From Podarcis filfolensis (lineage: Eukaryota): a stretch of DNA of 64,000 nucleotides. The position numbers and the translations under genes were made by a program. Positions 44,900-57,317 of the stretch are shown piece after piece. The first letter of the stretch is position 1. Each line of letters begins with the position of its first letter. The notes beneath the pieces are model-generated. The model saw only the letters and a list, made by a program, of their open reading frames with translations. It did not search any database and was not told the origin of the DNA. The stretch lies in NCBI GenBank assembly GCA_964270895.1, contig OZ185437.1; one strand, given 5' to 3'.

Positions 44900-44925
44900 G
44901 CAACAACAATAACAATAATAATAAT
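44790..44925 (+). mobile_element. L2 3' tail ending in (AAT)n microsatellite (44859-44899)
   Basis: ggaagccaccctaagtggctggggcaacccaagcagatgggtggg followed by (taa)n. Confidence 0.8.
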
Positions 44926-45099
44926 TCACACACATAGGAAGCAGAACCACAGAGGCTCCTCTTAAATAGCTAAAGAAGAAATATTGCTTCTGTGGGTATT
45001 TCCTGGTTTGGAAAAGAGGAAGAAGATCAGGGAGTTATCCAGACCTTTTGATTTTAATATGAAAATTGTGGGGTCCAGGGTATAAAGGGTGAAATTTGG

Positions 45100-45200
45100 A
45101 TTTGGGAGACCTGCGCTCCAATTCCACCTGTCATTGTGTGATCTTAGCCAAACCAGTATCCCTAAGCCTCAGTTACACCTTTGTAAAAAGCAAACAAACA
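45100..45200 (+). mobile_element. Old MIR/CORE-like SINE remnant
   Basis: gtgtgatcttagcca...ccctaagcctcagttacacctttgtaaaa resembles the CORE-SINE segment. Confidence 0.4.
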
Positions 45201-45763
45201 AACTTGGGAATAATAGAGATCTATTGTAAAACTGAACATAATAATAAATCTGAAGCACACTACAAACACTGAATATTTTTCTATATAGAGCAAAGCTTCT
45301 TCAATTGGTGGTACTTTTATTTAAATGGAATATTAATAGCACAGCATGCTTAAGTGTCCCCTTTTATAAAACTGTGGATTTGGCACTCCTATTTCTGAAT
45401 AGCCTTCAAGGACAGAGCAGCCGAGGCCACACTTACAAATGGTGTAATCTGTGCATCAATGCATTATCAAAGCTCCTGTAAGCTCTCTTTAAATAAACTC
45501 CCCCCCCCAAGAACTTCATGAGAAATATGCCTTTGTTCAGCACATCTGTTGCATTTTGCTTTCAAAATGCTGCTTTCTGGGAAGCCATTTGGGTCAAGGA
45601 GAGAGATGTGTCAGGAAATTAATTTATAGTACATCACTTGGTCAGCACATGTATATAGGGAACAGCATAGAAAAGGAGGAAACAAGCAGCCATAGACAGC
45701 TTCTTAAAAAGAAATACCAACACTTTCTGTGTGTACTGAAATCCCTTTGATGTCATTAGGGGC

Positions 45764-46246
45764 TGTCAGGAACTAGGCAGAGGAGGGAAGGTGGAGACCG
45801 CCTCCCCAGCCTGACCCTTCCAGAGGAGAAGGAGACAGTTCAGAATTACAACAGGGGTTTGAGGGAGGTCACAGCTAAGAGGAGGATGAGGGGGAAAGTT
45901 GGGAAATAATAGGAGAGGAGGAGGAGGCAGAGCCAGAGCTGACACATTATCACTAGAAAGCATTCCAGACCCACCATCTCCCAGAACCCAGCGAGCCTTA
46001 AAAGTAGGAGAGCAAAGAGCTTGGAGACAGATGGCCCTAAGTGACAACCATAGAGGTGGTGATGATGTTGACGAATAAAGAAGGGGGCTAGAGATTTACT
46101 TGGCACAACGCCATTATTCCAAGAGGCTGCATTTCTAATCCTCTCTCTGTAAATATTGAATATTGAAAAGTAGAGTTAAGGACTTTTCCTTGTCTTATCC
46201 ATTCCTGGCAACCTGGTGTGGGGGCTGGTTCCTCTGCCTCCTGACA
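45764..46246 (+). mobile_element. Putative solo LTR (LTR retrotransposon)
   Basis: TGTCAGGA...TCCTGACA termini; TTAAAAG at 45998-46004; AATAAA at 46074-46079; 5-bp flanks ggggc / gaggt differ by two transitions. Confidence 0.6.
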
Positions 46247-46939
46247 GAGGTTGGCTGAAGACACTGAATCTATTTCAAATCCACTTCAACATCCCTTTAC
46301 TTATATGTGTTGTCTGTTGAACCTTGCCTACTCCACTCAGGTGCTGGTAACCTAACAGATTTATATATTTCTGGGCTGAACTACAGCCCGGAGTTTTCTA
46401 CAGAGTTGCTACAGAGTTTTCTCCTAGTGTAAGGAAGAGGTCAGTCAAAGGAGACTATGCCTGAAGGCTGCGAGCTGTTAGATCAGGCTACCGCTCCCAT
46501 CTATATGCTTACAGGACACAATAATATATTTACAACACACAGTATGCTCTAAATTTTTGTTACTACTGCTACTCTAGAGAGCAATGTTCAAATAAACATT
46601 TGCACTAGTGCAAAGACTGGCACTTCCATCCTCTCCACCCTCTGTACATACCCTGTGCTGTCTCCAAACCAGCTCTAGAGATTGGGGGGGCTAGAACAGA
46701 TTTAGGGTGTACGGGGGGGGGAGAACATCCCATCATGGAATTTTCTCCTCAGTGCTACTTTATTAGATTTCTTTAATCCCTTCACCCCAAAGTCCCAGGG
46801 TGGGTGACAATAATAAAAAGTTTAAAGCAGCTAAAACAAATTACAGTCACAGGAATAGGATGAGTCATGAAAACACACATCTCAGGTGACAGAGAGTTGG
46901 TAAGATTTTTAAATATATATATTAAGGGACAATTACATT

Positions 46940-47157
46940 TTTCATTTACATCAGATACCTGCTGGATCAGACCAATGGCCCTTCGCATCCAGCATCCTGT
47001 TCTCACAGTGGCTTACCAGAAGCCTATAATTTGTCCCAGTGCTATTTTTCTAGAAAAAGGGTGCCAGAACTCAACATGAACACCCTCTTTGTTCTCTTAT
47101 AATAGCAATAGTGCCCACCTAAGCAGTGCCAGAACTGTGCTCTGGTTTGCCCACAAG
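46940..47157. mobile_element. CR1 3' UTR fragment (minus, ~46940-47027) followed by a hAT-like MITE (47037-~47157)
   Basis: cctgctggatcagaccaatggccc...ccagcatcctgttctcacagtggc, then cagtgctatttttctagaaaaagggtgccagaactc. Confidence 0.7.
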
Positions 47158-50100
47158 CAGTTTTGTTATGAACTTCCAACACTGTGAAGGGAACCTAGAA
47201 TTGCTTTCCTCATCTACCAGAGAAGAATATCATAGCTGCACTGATAAATCATGGTGTAAAGCAAAACAGATTTGGAAATCATCACAGTGCAGCAGCAGCT
47301 AAAGCATTGAACTAATGAGAGCAGCCTGTGAGAGTGAACATGCCAAGCAAGGGACAGGGGAACGAGGTGAACCAAGAAATGAACCTTGCAGGCCCCTTTT
47401 GGGGAGCAGCAGAGATAAAGGGAAAGAGCCATGAAAATAGTCTGAAAAGGAGTGACTGGCGAGATAGGAGACAAATTGGCAGAGGACAGTGTCACAGAAG
47501 CCCCGAGAAAGTTTAAAATGATAGAATCAGTAACTGAAGGCAGAAATAGGTTTTAGAGGTTTTAGAGAATTGAAAGTGCTTCAAGAGAGACCTTGCTTCC
47601 TGTGGTATATACCCAACTTTCTTTTGATCTACTCTCACACACCTCTGGTCAAGTAATGCTGGGCCAAATGTTATATTAGCCCCCCTTTTTTGGCTGAGGT
47701 GGAGTAAGAATGCAAGTGAAAGAGAAGCCAACGTCCTTTTCATCTTTTTGAGGCATTTCTGAGGGTGGAAGTTGAATTTCAAAGATAAGGGACAAAGCAC
47801 TCCTCCACTCAGATCCATTCTGCTGCATAATGGCCGCCATTTGGGTTTCAAACCATGACCTGGAATTATGGTATGTTACAACTCAGTGTCATTATGAAAG
47901 GCATAAACGTAGGGTCAGGTCACAGCACTTGCTAATGGTCACCTCCCCACTCCCCAAATACCCCACAAAACAATGTGGCGTTGTGATGTGGCATTGTTCC
48001 AGGGAATCCTGGAGAAAACCAAAATGGCACGTGAAGCAGTGAGGAAATGAGTGAAGTGCTAGTAATGTTTGCACCCAGCCCTCAAAATTCATTCCTCCAA
48101 TTGACAAAACACACGTGTGCTTCTGCAGCCTACAAATGGGGCCACAAAACAGGTGGGGAAGCTGCTCAGAATCAGCAAAATCTGTTTACCTGAAGCAAAG
48201 GTGGAATGGGTATACACACCACAAGCAGAAATCCTTCCTTAGACTGTCTTCAGTTCTCTGCGGTGGTGAGGATTTACTTCTGTCTCCAGTCCAAAGAGCA
48301 GGCAGGCAAAAATGAATGGGAAGAGCCTGTTGATCTACATGTTTTACTCTTCGGTGAGAATGAAAGGCTTTAGAGTAATTGCAATTTGCAATCTCTCCTT
48401 CTCTCCTTACACCAGTGATGAGATTTATCTAACCTGAAAAGCAACTACTGTAAGGTGAAGCAATGTAAGTTCAACAACGCATACATTTCCCATTAGACTT
48501 AGAAATATGTCATGGGTGAGTAATTAGTGCTTTCTACCTGTTTTTTTTTTAACTGTCTAAACTACTGCTGAGTAATTTGGCGCAATTTAATTAGCATTAT
48601 GTGTTAACACGCTGCTGACGGCACATTTTTATTGAAACGCCGAAAAGATGACATCTCCACAATGGTTAGGTTTAAATGAAAGAAACACATGTAACAACAC
48701 AGGGTGCTGTACTGCTGGGGGCAACAGCAAAGGAGCGGGGAGGAAGTCAACTTTGTCTAACAAAAATTGTATTTTCAAGGTACAAGAATGCTTGGCTTAA
48801 GTCATCTGAGTGATTGGGAAGTCAATATTTCATAAAATTAGATCTAGAGTGAAAACATTTTTTTAAAAAAGCACCTTCCATAATTTTTTATTGAAGGTTT
48901 GAAATGGCAAGGCATGTATTGGCATGAACAGGGGTGGGGAGTTGGGTGAATTAAGACCTGAGGCAGAAAAAGGTCTCTAGCTTGGAGTGAGTGCAATATT
49001 TTTGCAGTACTTTCCGACCCTCCACCCCATGATCTACTCTTACTCCTCTCCTGTTGCACATGTCTTCTCCAATCCCAATGTGAAGTTTTGATCCACTCTC
49101 ATGTATTGAGGTTCTTATTTTACACTGCTTCAGGCACACAACATAGTTATAGTTTAGTCTTATAGTTAGTCTTCTTTGAAACTCCAATCCCCAAATAAAT
49201 TTTATTTTATTTTATCTCTGAGCATTAGGAGGGAGGGGGTAACTTTGTGATTTCCAATAAGAGCCAGCCAACCAGTGATCTGCATAGCTGGATTGAGTGG
49301 TGGGGAAAAGGTGACTTCTTGGGGACCTCATAAGAGCCAGCCAATAAGCACTCTGCTGAGTAGTCCATGAAACAGTCCTGCTAGGTTTCTCCTAGGTTCA
49401 ACTCACATTAAAACTTGGTTGTTCATCAGTCAGAAAAGGAGTGATGGCAGATCCAAAGTGGGCTCACCTCTCAATTTTGGTATATCTGTCATGAGATTTA
49501 AAGGGGGGGTGTTAAAAATGTGTATATTTTGAGAAATACATTAAAAAGAGTTCCTTCATCTAATCTTCATACAAGATCGTTTTTGTCAGCTGTGTTGGAT
49601 CTCATCCAAGTATATTTATTCATGCTATTTGCATAGCATTTTCAGGGAAGTATTAATAGGGTTAATCCCATTTAAATATCATGTCAACTGGGAGGGAGAG
49701 GGGGTAGAGTTGTCCAAGGTCACTCATGCACTACACTAAACTGGTTTTCATTTTTTTGCCAACATATGCAAATGTCACACCCTGTCCTTCTGTTGGACCA
49801 TATTGCACTGCTCAAATCACAGAGGGCAGAGGCACTGGATGAGTGCAGATAGCCATCTATGGCTTTGCAAAGGTCTATCTGTCACGTCTTTCAATCCTGC
49901 AAAGATCAGGGAAACAGCAATGCAGAACAACTACACAATGAAGTATGGTAGCCTTAAACCCTCGTGTATCAGACAGGCTTAAAGAACCAAGTTCTACATT
50001 CTTCAAGGAATGTTGTTTCATAAAATTCTGTTTTAGAGAAAGAAAACTAGCTAGCAATCACAGTGATGGAAATGAAACAGAGAAAGGGGCATGAAGCAGC

Positions 50101-50527
50101 TCTAATGCAGCCCCCTTCATGTGAATCAAGAACATCCATCGCCAGATATTCCTAACAAGCCATCTATCAAAACAGGAGAGGCCATACTGTGGCTTCTACA
50201 TGAATTCCACTTAAATGAGATACAGTGCCCTTCCTGGGCAGTTCAGGGTTTAGATGCTGGCCTCCCTTTTATATTATGTGTTATTTGTGTTCCTAGAAAG
50301 GAGGAGCTTCGGGGAGGGGGAGAGAATTGAAGTGTTGGGAGAAGTCCAACATGTAAGACCCCAAGCTAGGAAATCTGATAGTTTTCTGGAATGAGAAACA
50401 AGGAAACTGTAGTGGTGGAAAGGACAGGAGACCTGGAAGAACGGTGGGCCATGGGAGAAGAGGCATTATGAATACCACTTGCTGGCAATAAGTGATGGAC
50501 AGAGTGCAGTTAAACATTTATGCGGCT

Positions 50528-50616
50528 TCCAAGCTTCCCACAGGAATCTTGCAGGCCACTGTTAAAACCAGGATGCTGGACCAGATGGGCCATTCAGCAG
50601 GATCTTACTGTGTTCT
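50528..50616 (+). mobile_element. CR1 3' UTR terminal fragment
   Basis: ggccactgttaaaaccaggatgctggaccagatgggccatt. Confidence 0.6.
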
Positions 50617-50747
50617 GAGGCATACAAAAGCAGTTTATAGTTGGCTGTACAAAGTGTAAATAAGAAGGAACAGGATACATTCTGCAAGTTAAGTCCATAG
50701 GACAAATAACAGTTTTCATAAGACAATCACATTTAGGTGGCTTACTA

Positions 50748-50831
50748 TGCAATCCTTTACATGTCTTCTCAGAAATAGATCCTTCTGAATTCAATGTGGC
50801 TTACTCCCAGGTAAATGGGTATAGGGTTGCA
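50748..50831. mobile_element. Short (~84 bp) non-autonomous element with tgcaatcct / agggttgca ends
   Basis: 9-bp TIR with one mismatch; related decayed copies near 4755, 6128, 13333 and 25091. Confidence 0.55.
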
Positions 50832-51354
50832 ACATCAGTTAGTTAAGGAACAACACTTCTACTTATTTTCATTGTACAATGTATTTTTAAAAGACCTGGA
50901 ATTTAGACATTTGTACCTTCACATTTCATATACAGCCATCTCAAGGATCAATGGAAACATGAACTCAGTGGTATACTTTGTGTCTTTCTACTGACCTTAG
51001 TGGGTAATAAATGTGGCTTCCAAGGAGGTGTGAATTTAATTTTTATGTTGAAGATTTGTGGCTGCAATTGATTAAATGATGCAAGCATTTGTTTTAGTGC
51101 GTGATGAAATTCATGACTTAAAGTGCCAATGCCATGCATAATTCCTCAGCCTCGATCTTTAGAAAATTGTGTCATGTATTTTGACCATGAATATCACAGT
51201 CAAAGCTGCATTGTGGTGCAGATACCATGTAATATGTTTGCTGCAGCAGGTAGTGAACAAAACATTGTTTGTTCAAAGTGTAGGAATAGGAAATGGTTTT
51301 ATAGTTATTAGCAACACAAATTCCCTTCTAGTGTTGACAACATAAAATGGATGC

Positions 51355-51431
51355 TTTAGTTGAGATTCCTGCATTGCAGGAGATTGGACCAGGTGACCCT
51401 CAGCTCCCTTCCAACTCTACAATTCAATGAT
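51355..51431 (+). mobile_element. CR1-type 3' terminus
   Basis: gagattcctgcattgcagg...ggaccaggtgaccctc...cccttccaactctacaattc; the same tail is found on the SINEs at 54145 and 59401. Confidence 0.72.
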
Positions 51432-52693
51432 GCTACACAGAGAGACATTCACAACTAAGAGTGCCACGAGGCATTTTTTAAAAAAGAAAAGCAATGGGAA
51501 ATAATGGGAAATTCTTGCCCAATTCATAACATTAAATACGGTAAGTGGAACCCTCTCCCCTCAAAATTGGAAAAAGTTCTTCCCTCCCTCCCCCACTCCC
51601 CCCTTGAGTTTGCAGTAAGGGTTCATTTTCCTCCCAAGAGATGGCCAAAAAAAAAAAAAAGACCCTTTCAGCATAGCTCTAGTTATTAAACTGCAACAGC
51701 TTGTGTCTGCTGAACGAAAAGACTAAGAGAACAGAAATGGGAGCTCAAATGTGACCTGTGGCCACCTTCCTAAATAGGTTTACACATTTGTGCAGTTTTA
51801 TCCAATTTGAGGCCCTGACATTACTGAACGGGACAATCTGGGAGACCAAAAAGGAAAGAGTGATGGCAGGATTGTTGGAGGAGCAGCCAGCCATTTCTCT
51901 GCTCCCTGTGATTAGCCCAGCTGGGAAGCATGGCATTTAAATACAATTTCCCAGCTGGTGGGAGTGTAGCACACTCTCAAGTGTAATGCCTATTAACCCT
52001 AAGCCACCGCCCCACCGCCTCTTCTCTGTATTGAAATAGGTACAATGTACTTATTCTACCCACCCTTGGGTAAAATAGCGTGTAACTAAAAGTAATGAAA
52101 GAAGGTTAGAGGAGGAGAAAATTTAGGATGACTATCATTAAAAACTGCTTGAGTAAGAACTATTAACATGTGCATTAGATTCCAAGAGAAAGTCTGGATG
52201 CTCCAAGCACATGGGTGAAATTGCACAAGTCATGGGTTAGAGATGAGGGGGACCAGACTCCAGAATGCACCTTAGCTTTAGAAATGATGCCCCATAAGAA
52301 CTTACCAGTTCTGCCTTTGAACAATTTTGCCCACAAATCAGCATGGAAGCTTCTTCCAACATAGCAGTTACTCACAGAAACATTGCTCCCTTTTCAACGA
52401 ACTTGTTCAAAATTAAACTGGAAGCATTTGGGTTTTTTAGAATATCTTAAGTGCTTTTATGAAAATACAATTATATTGGCAGATGTCTTCATAAATGTTA
52501 ATGTAGTTAATATGGAGAACATTGTGTTCCTTTTTTCGCCCTGCTTCTTAAGCCTGTGTAAAAATGCTATGTTGTGTGAGACAGACTGAAGAAAAGTACA
52601 CTGTTAAAGACTGGAACATTTTCTTGTATGCCACATGCTATTTTAATACAGTGGTCTAGGCTTTAGAACCAGGAGTAGTCAAGGCTGTGTAGA

Positions 52694-52816
52694 TGTTGTT
52701 GTTGTTTAGTTGTTTAGTCATGTCCGACTCTTCGTGACCCCATGGACCAGAGCACGCCAGGCACTCCTGTCTTCCACTGCCTCCCACAGTTTGGTCAAAC
52801 TCATGCTGGTAGCTTC
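52694..52816 (-). mobile_element. Bov-B 3' end fragment (~120 bp)
   Basis: Near-identical reverse complement of about 43905-44022 (gtccgactcttcgtgaccccatggaccagagcacgccaggcactcctgtcttccactgcctccc). Confidence 0.92.
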
Positions 52817-52928
52817 AATATACTATACATTTAAAGCACACTTATTCTCCTCAAGGAATCATCAGACTGTAGTCTATCACTGGTGCTGGAAATTGTAGCT
52901 CTGCTATGCGTTCCTGGGATTCTTTGAG

Positions 52929-52964
52929 GTATGGTGTGTATGGTGTGTAATGTATGGTGTGTAA
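52929..52964. repeat. Short tandem repeat, gtatggtgt x3 (interrupted)
   Basis: Units at 52929-52937, 52938-52946 and 52952-52960. Confidence 0.85.
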
Positions 52965-53864
52965 GCAGCCCAAGTTTAACAGAGTCATTTACAAGAGGAA
53001 TAGCTTCCTACAAAAGTGGTTCTATTAATACGGTTAACAAAATGCCCACCGTTAATACAGGAATGCTGTGTACAAAGAGAGGTTTGTATACTGCCTTGGT
53101 CTTTAAATGTGGTAATGACTTCACACCACTGTACAATAGCTACCGCTGCTAGTGTACATATTTGTGACACAGAAGTGAAGCATTCTCTTCCCAAAGAGCT
53201 TACACACACACTTTCACTTGTACAACAGGACTTTATCATTATTTCCTCCCGCCATCTCGGAACTTCACACACACACCCCAAATCTTCTCTGGGGGTGCAG
53301 AACATTGGGTTTTGCAACCTTCTACAGAGAATCTCCTCCATATCCAAACAACACCTGAATTTTGTTTGCCTGGGATATGAAATAGGATGTTCTCTGTGTC
53401 TGCACCCAGACTTTAGTACTATCAAGGACATTTCTTTTCCAATAAGCATTTGACCTGCTGGGCTGTTAATGTAATCTTCCTGGTACATTAGTTGATGTGC
53501 TTTATTTGCCATCTGTCTCTTCCATTCATCATTATTTTCTATTTTATTTGTGTTGTTTCAATATGCTGATCAGGTGGTAAGACACCTTGACCATTTTTTT
53601 AAAACAGAAGGCAGGACAAAAATACTTTAAATAAATTAAATTTATTATTCTGATTTGACCTTTCATAACATGATGTGTTAAATATATAAGAGAAAGTCAA
53701 CAGCATTTAAAAATTAATAACATCTCATTTTCACTTTATTTAGTGTTATGTTAAGTGGTCCAAAGTCTCCAAATCAGTGTTCCTGTTTACTACTTTTTTT
53801 GTGAAGCATGAGAACCTCATCTGAGGGTCTTCTGCTGGTTCCCTCACTGTGAGAAGAGAAGTTA

Positions 53865-54060
53865 CAGGGAACTAGGCAGAGAGCCCTCTCAGTAGTGGTG
53901 TCAAGGAGATAAAGAACTACACAACTTTGGAAGACATCTGTATTCGGAAGTTTTTAATGCTTGATATTTAACTATGTTTTTATATATGATGTAAGCCACC
54001 CAGAGTGGCTGGGGAAACCATATGGGTGGGATATAAATAATAAAAGTGTTGTTATTATTA
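53865..54060 (+). mobile_element. L2 3' end fragment
   Basis: actaggcagagagccctctcagtagtgg (RAFSVVA-like), then tail taagccacccagagtggctggggaaacc...gggatataaataataaa. Confidence 0.72.
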
Positions 54061-54144
54061 ACCAATCTGTACCAATGAGAATTCCTGGACCTTTTGCCAC
54101 ACCCCTTATAAGTTCATAGGATTTATTCTCTTTATAAGGTACCA

Positions 54145-54278
54145 CATAGAATTGTAGAGTTGGAAAGGACCCTGAAGATCAACTAGTAAGGTGTGAATAT
54201 GCAGCTGTCCCATATGGGGATTGAACCTGCAGCCTTGGTGTTATCAGCACCAAGCTCTAACCAACTGAGCTATCCAGG
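54145..54278 (-). mobile_element. tRNA-Ile-derived SINE with CR1-type tail
   Basis: 54206-54278 aligns to the reverse complement of tRNA-Ile (ggggattgaacctgcagccttggtgttatcagcaccaagctctaaccaactgagcta); tail catagaattgtagagttggaaaggaccc. Confidence 0.82.
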
Positions 54279-54289
54279 CTCTTACATAA

Positions 54290-54481
54290 TCATAGGAACA
54301 TTGGAAGGTGCCTTACACTGAATTAGTCCACTATTCTGTCTAGCTCAGTAATGTCTATCTGATTGGCAGTGGTTTGCCAGCACTTCAGACAATGGTTTCT
54401 TCCAGCCACTGGGAGATGCCAGAGACTGAACTTGTGACTTTCTCCATGCAAAGCAGATGCTGTACCACTGAATTACAGACC
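54290..54481 (-). mobile_element. tRNA-Ala-derived SINE
   Basis: cataggaacattggaaggtgcctta tail; head catgcaaagcagatgctgtaccactgaatta. Confidence 0.72.
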
Positions 54482-56497
54482 TTGAGTAGAATGGGACTTA
54501 CTTCCAGGTCAGTGTATACAGGATTACATCCTCAATCTAGCAATTTTCCTCCACATATTTATATTGCCATGCAGCTTTTGTTTCCAAACCATGTTACCTT
54601 GATGACAGATGCAGGATGGCCTCACAGCCAGTAAGGTTCAAGGGACAGTGGAGAGGAGGGAGGGGCCACAGTAGACAAGGAAGACACAATCATTCCCATA
54701 GCTGAATTCCATAAAGGTGAATCCATTTTCCCCCTTCTCTAACTATTCCTCCCTCCATGTGCACAGCCTTGCAATGGACTGCTAATGCTAGTAGCTAATG
54801 CTATCTTGGTTTGGAAGTACTAGTAAATGCACACACATTAGAACTAATTGAGGTAATCAGGGCATATTCAGCATCCTGAAGTTTTATCTGTTGCTTTCAG
54901 GGGAGAGGGAGAGGGAGAAAAAATCTTCTGATTTCATTAGCTTTTAGAATGAGCGCTCGTCTTTGATTTCGAAAAAGCTACAGGCTTTGTGCTTTGCATT
55001 TAAATGTTCCTCCTGCCTGTTTAATCATTCAATTTCAGTCGTTTGCATGATGCCATATGTTCCTGCAACTAAACAGTCTGGTTTCCCGTTCAAGTGAAGT
55101 GGCTATTAATATTTGAGGTGGTTGGGATTTGTGGTTTCTTTGCCACAAGTGCTGCTCCCATTTCATCCTATCCTTCTTTTCAACCCTCAGTATCAACTGT
55201 AGCCCTTTATTTTACACTGCTAGGTGCAAAATAGATTAGTTCATATAATGGGATTAATTAATACCACCCAGCCAGGCTGGTCTGTGTCAGATAATAGAAG
55301 CTACAATGATACTTTTTTCAGAAGTATTGTTCCCAAGCAAAATAACATTGTTTTTTAATAACCCTATGATGATTTTAGATGAATTCTCAGAATTTTACTG
55401 AGGCTCTTTTAAGTCAGAAAGGTACCTTTTGTACTCATGGAGACTATTCCTGCCTTGCTTGCTTATTGTTTGAAGAGCATCTGTGATTGTCTGCCATATT
55501 CCATCCAGTATATTAATGGCATGAAAGCAATGTGGTAAAATATGTAGGCTGAGATCCAAAGAGCATACTTCAGCATCAAATCAAGTGGATTTCTGATCTT
55601 TGAACAGCTGGCTCCCTTGCCACATCGTGAACTCTCAAAAATGGTTTGCCGTGCAACATGGGAAGAAATTCCAGTCTCTAGCAGGCAAAACTCGTTACCA
55701 ATTTATTTGGATCCTGGTCAAAAAGTACAATGCGGTATCCAATATCCAAACAAAACATATTGAAAGTTCTAGGATAATAGCAGATAACAATTTCTTGACA
55801 ATTGAGGAAATATGTGGAGGAATCCAATGCAGTCCTATGATCCCACCAATGGATGCTGCCTGGCTGGCTGTGACACAGAGCCGTCTCCATAGTGATGCAC
55901 ATATTATAGAACTCAATCCCACTGGGGGTATATTTTGCCCCCTCAGAACTGTTACCTTTTAAAGACCCCTTTTAAAGACACTTTTGTTTACTCAGGCTTG
56001 GGGAGGAAATCAAAAAACACTAGGCCTGTACATGTTTCGAATGTTTTGACTCCACTGATAAATTTACCTTATTTTAAAGCAAATTTTGTGGGGGGTCTTG
56101 TATGGTTTTGTATTATGTTTTATACAACCCTGAAATAATTGGATGAAGGACAGTCAAGAAATAAATGAACAGCATCAACAGCAACACGGCTTCTTTTCAC
56201 TCACACTGAAATGTATGCTCATGTTTTTTGTTCAGGAACTGGCAAATGCCTATGCTAAAAAAGAGAGCTGGAAATCCTCAGAGTCAGTTATGCTTGTTCT
56301 GACCTGTTTCTTAAGATGCAGCTTGCTCTCCTGATGAGTTACGTTAGTATTGAAAATCAGATAGCTCAGAAAAGGAAAAAAGAGCAGTGAGTGGTAGCTT
56401 GGACAGCAACTCTTGAAGAAATACACAAATTTGTTAAGACATAGCAGAACCAGTCACAGAATTCAGGACAACCTGCCATGATTGTTAGCATCTACCA

Positions 56498-57118
56498 GAG
56501 ATGGGAAAATCTGTCCATTCTGGTTTCTCTGAGTCACATTTTTCCAATCTTAATTTTATATCAAGTCTTATTTTTATTGTTCTTGCCAAAGGCTATGACA
56601 AAATTATAGCAACAGTATTAATAACATAATACAGAACATACCTCCATAATATGTGTTACAATTCATGATGTAAGAAAGAAAAGTTACCAGAGACATCAAC
56701 AAACTCAAATCCAGTTTAATTTCAGATTAAAATGCCCAAATCACCACAACAATTGATAGTGATTCTATCTAACTCCTATGGGCAGCATATAAATTATTAT
56801 TACTATAAAGTAATTATTGCCACTCAAAGGAAACCGATCTATTTCTATTTACATGGCTGTGTAAATTCTTTCTCTTTCAGAACCAATAAAAACAAATATC
56901 ATTTGAAATTTGCACTTTTCTAAATTTTGCAATACATTTCTTCAACCAAAAAACATACAGGAGAATGAACATTCGGGGGGGGGGGCGGAATCCAACAGCA
57001 ATGCTTATATTCATGAAAACAATAAAAATGCATCCCACATATATATGGGAAGTGCTTGGAAAAATACGTATATAAGGCAAAATTGTGTACAAAAATGCTT
57101 ATGAAAATTATTCTGCCC
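56498..57118. mobile_element. Two fragments of the AT-rich element family (56498-56560 plus strand; ~56900-57118 minus strand)
   Basis: gagatgggaaaatctgtccattctggtttctct...tttttccaatctt is the left end; tttgaaatttgcacttttctaaattttgcaatac is a reverse-complement internal segment. Confidence 0.5.
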
Positions 57119-57184
57119 AATCATTTTGTGAGAAACAAGCATGCTAGCAAAGAATGATGCCACAGCTATGATTGGCATTTAGGG

Positions 57185-57317
57185 TAAGGTTACCAGATTT
57201 TTTTCAATGAATCCGGTGACACTTTTCAACTTCCTACTAAATAGATGGATTTTGTCAGGGGACTGATTTGTAAATCTGGGGACTGTCCCCGGGAAACGAG
57301 GACGTCTGGTAACCTTA
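57185..57317. mobile_element. hAT (Blackjack-like) MITE, 133 bp
   Basis: Perfect 13-bp TIR taaggttaccaga / tctggtaacctta; perfect 8-bp TSD atttaggg at 57177-57184 and 57318-57325. Confidence 0.93.

Noticed and set aside
47245-47650. Purine-rich block resembling another LTR
   Set aside because: No matching TG...CA termini or TSD could be defined.
51917-51958. 11-bp inverted repeat ccagctgggaa / ttcccagctgg
   Set aside because: Built on a self-palindromic core with a 20-nt loop; insufficient for an RNA-structure claim.
52985-53512. 175-aa minus-strand ORF overlapping a 145-aa plus-strand ORF
   Set aside because: No recognisable motif or splice context; consistent with chance ORFs.
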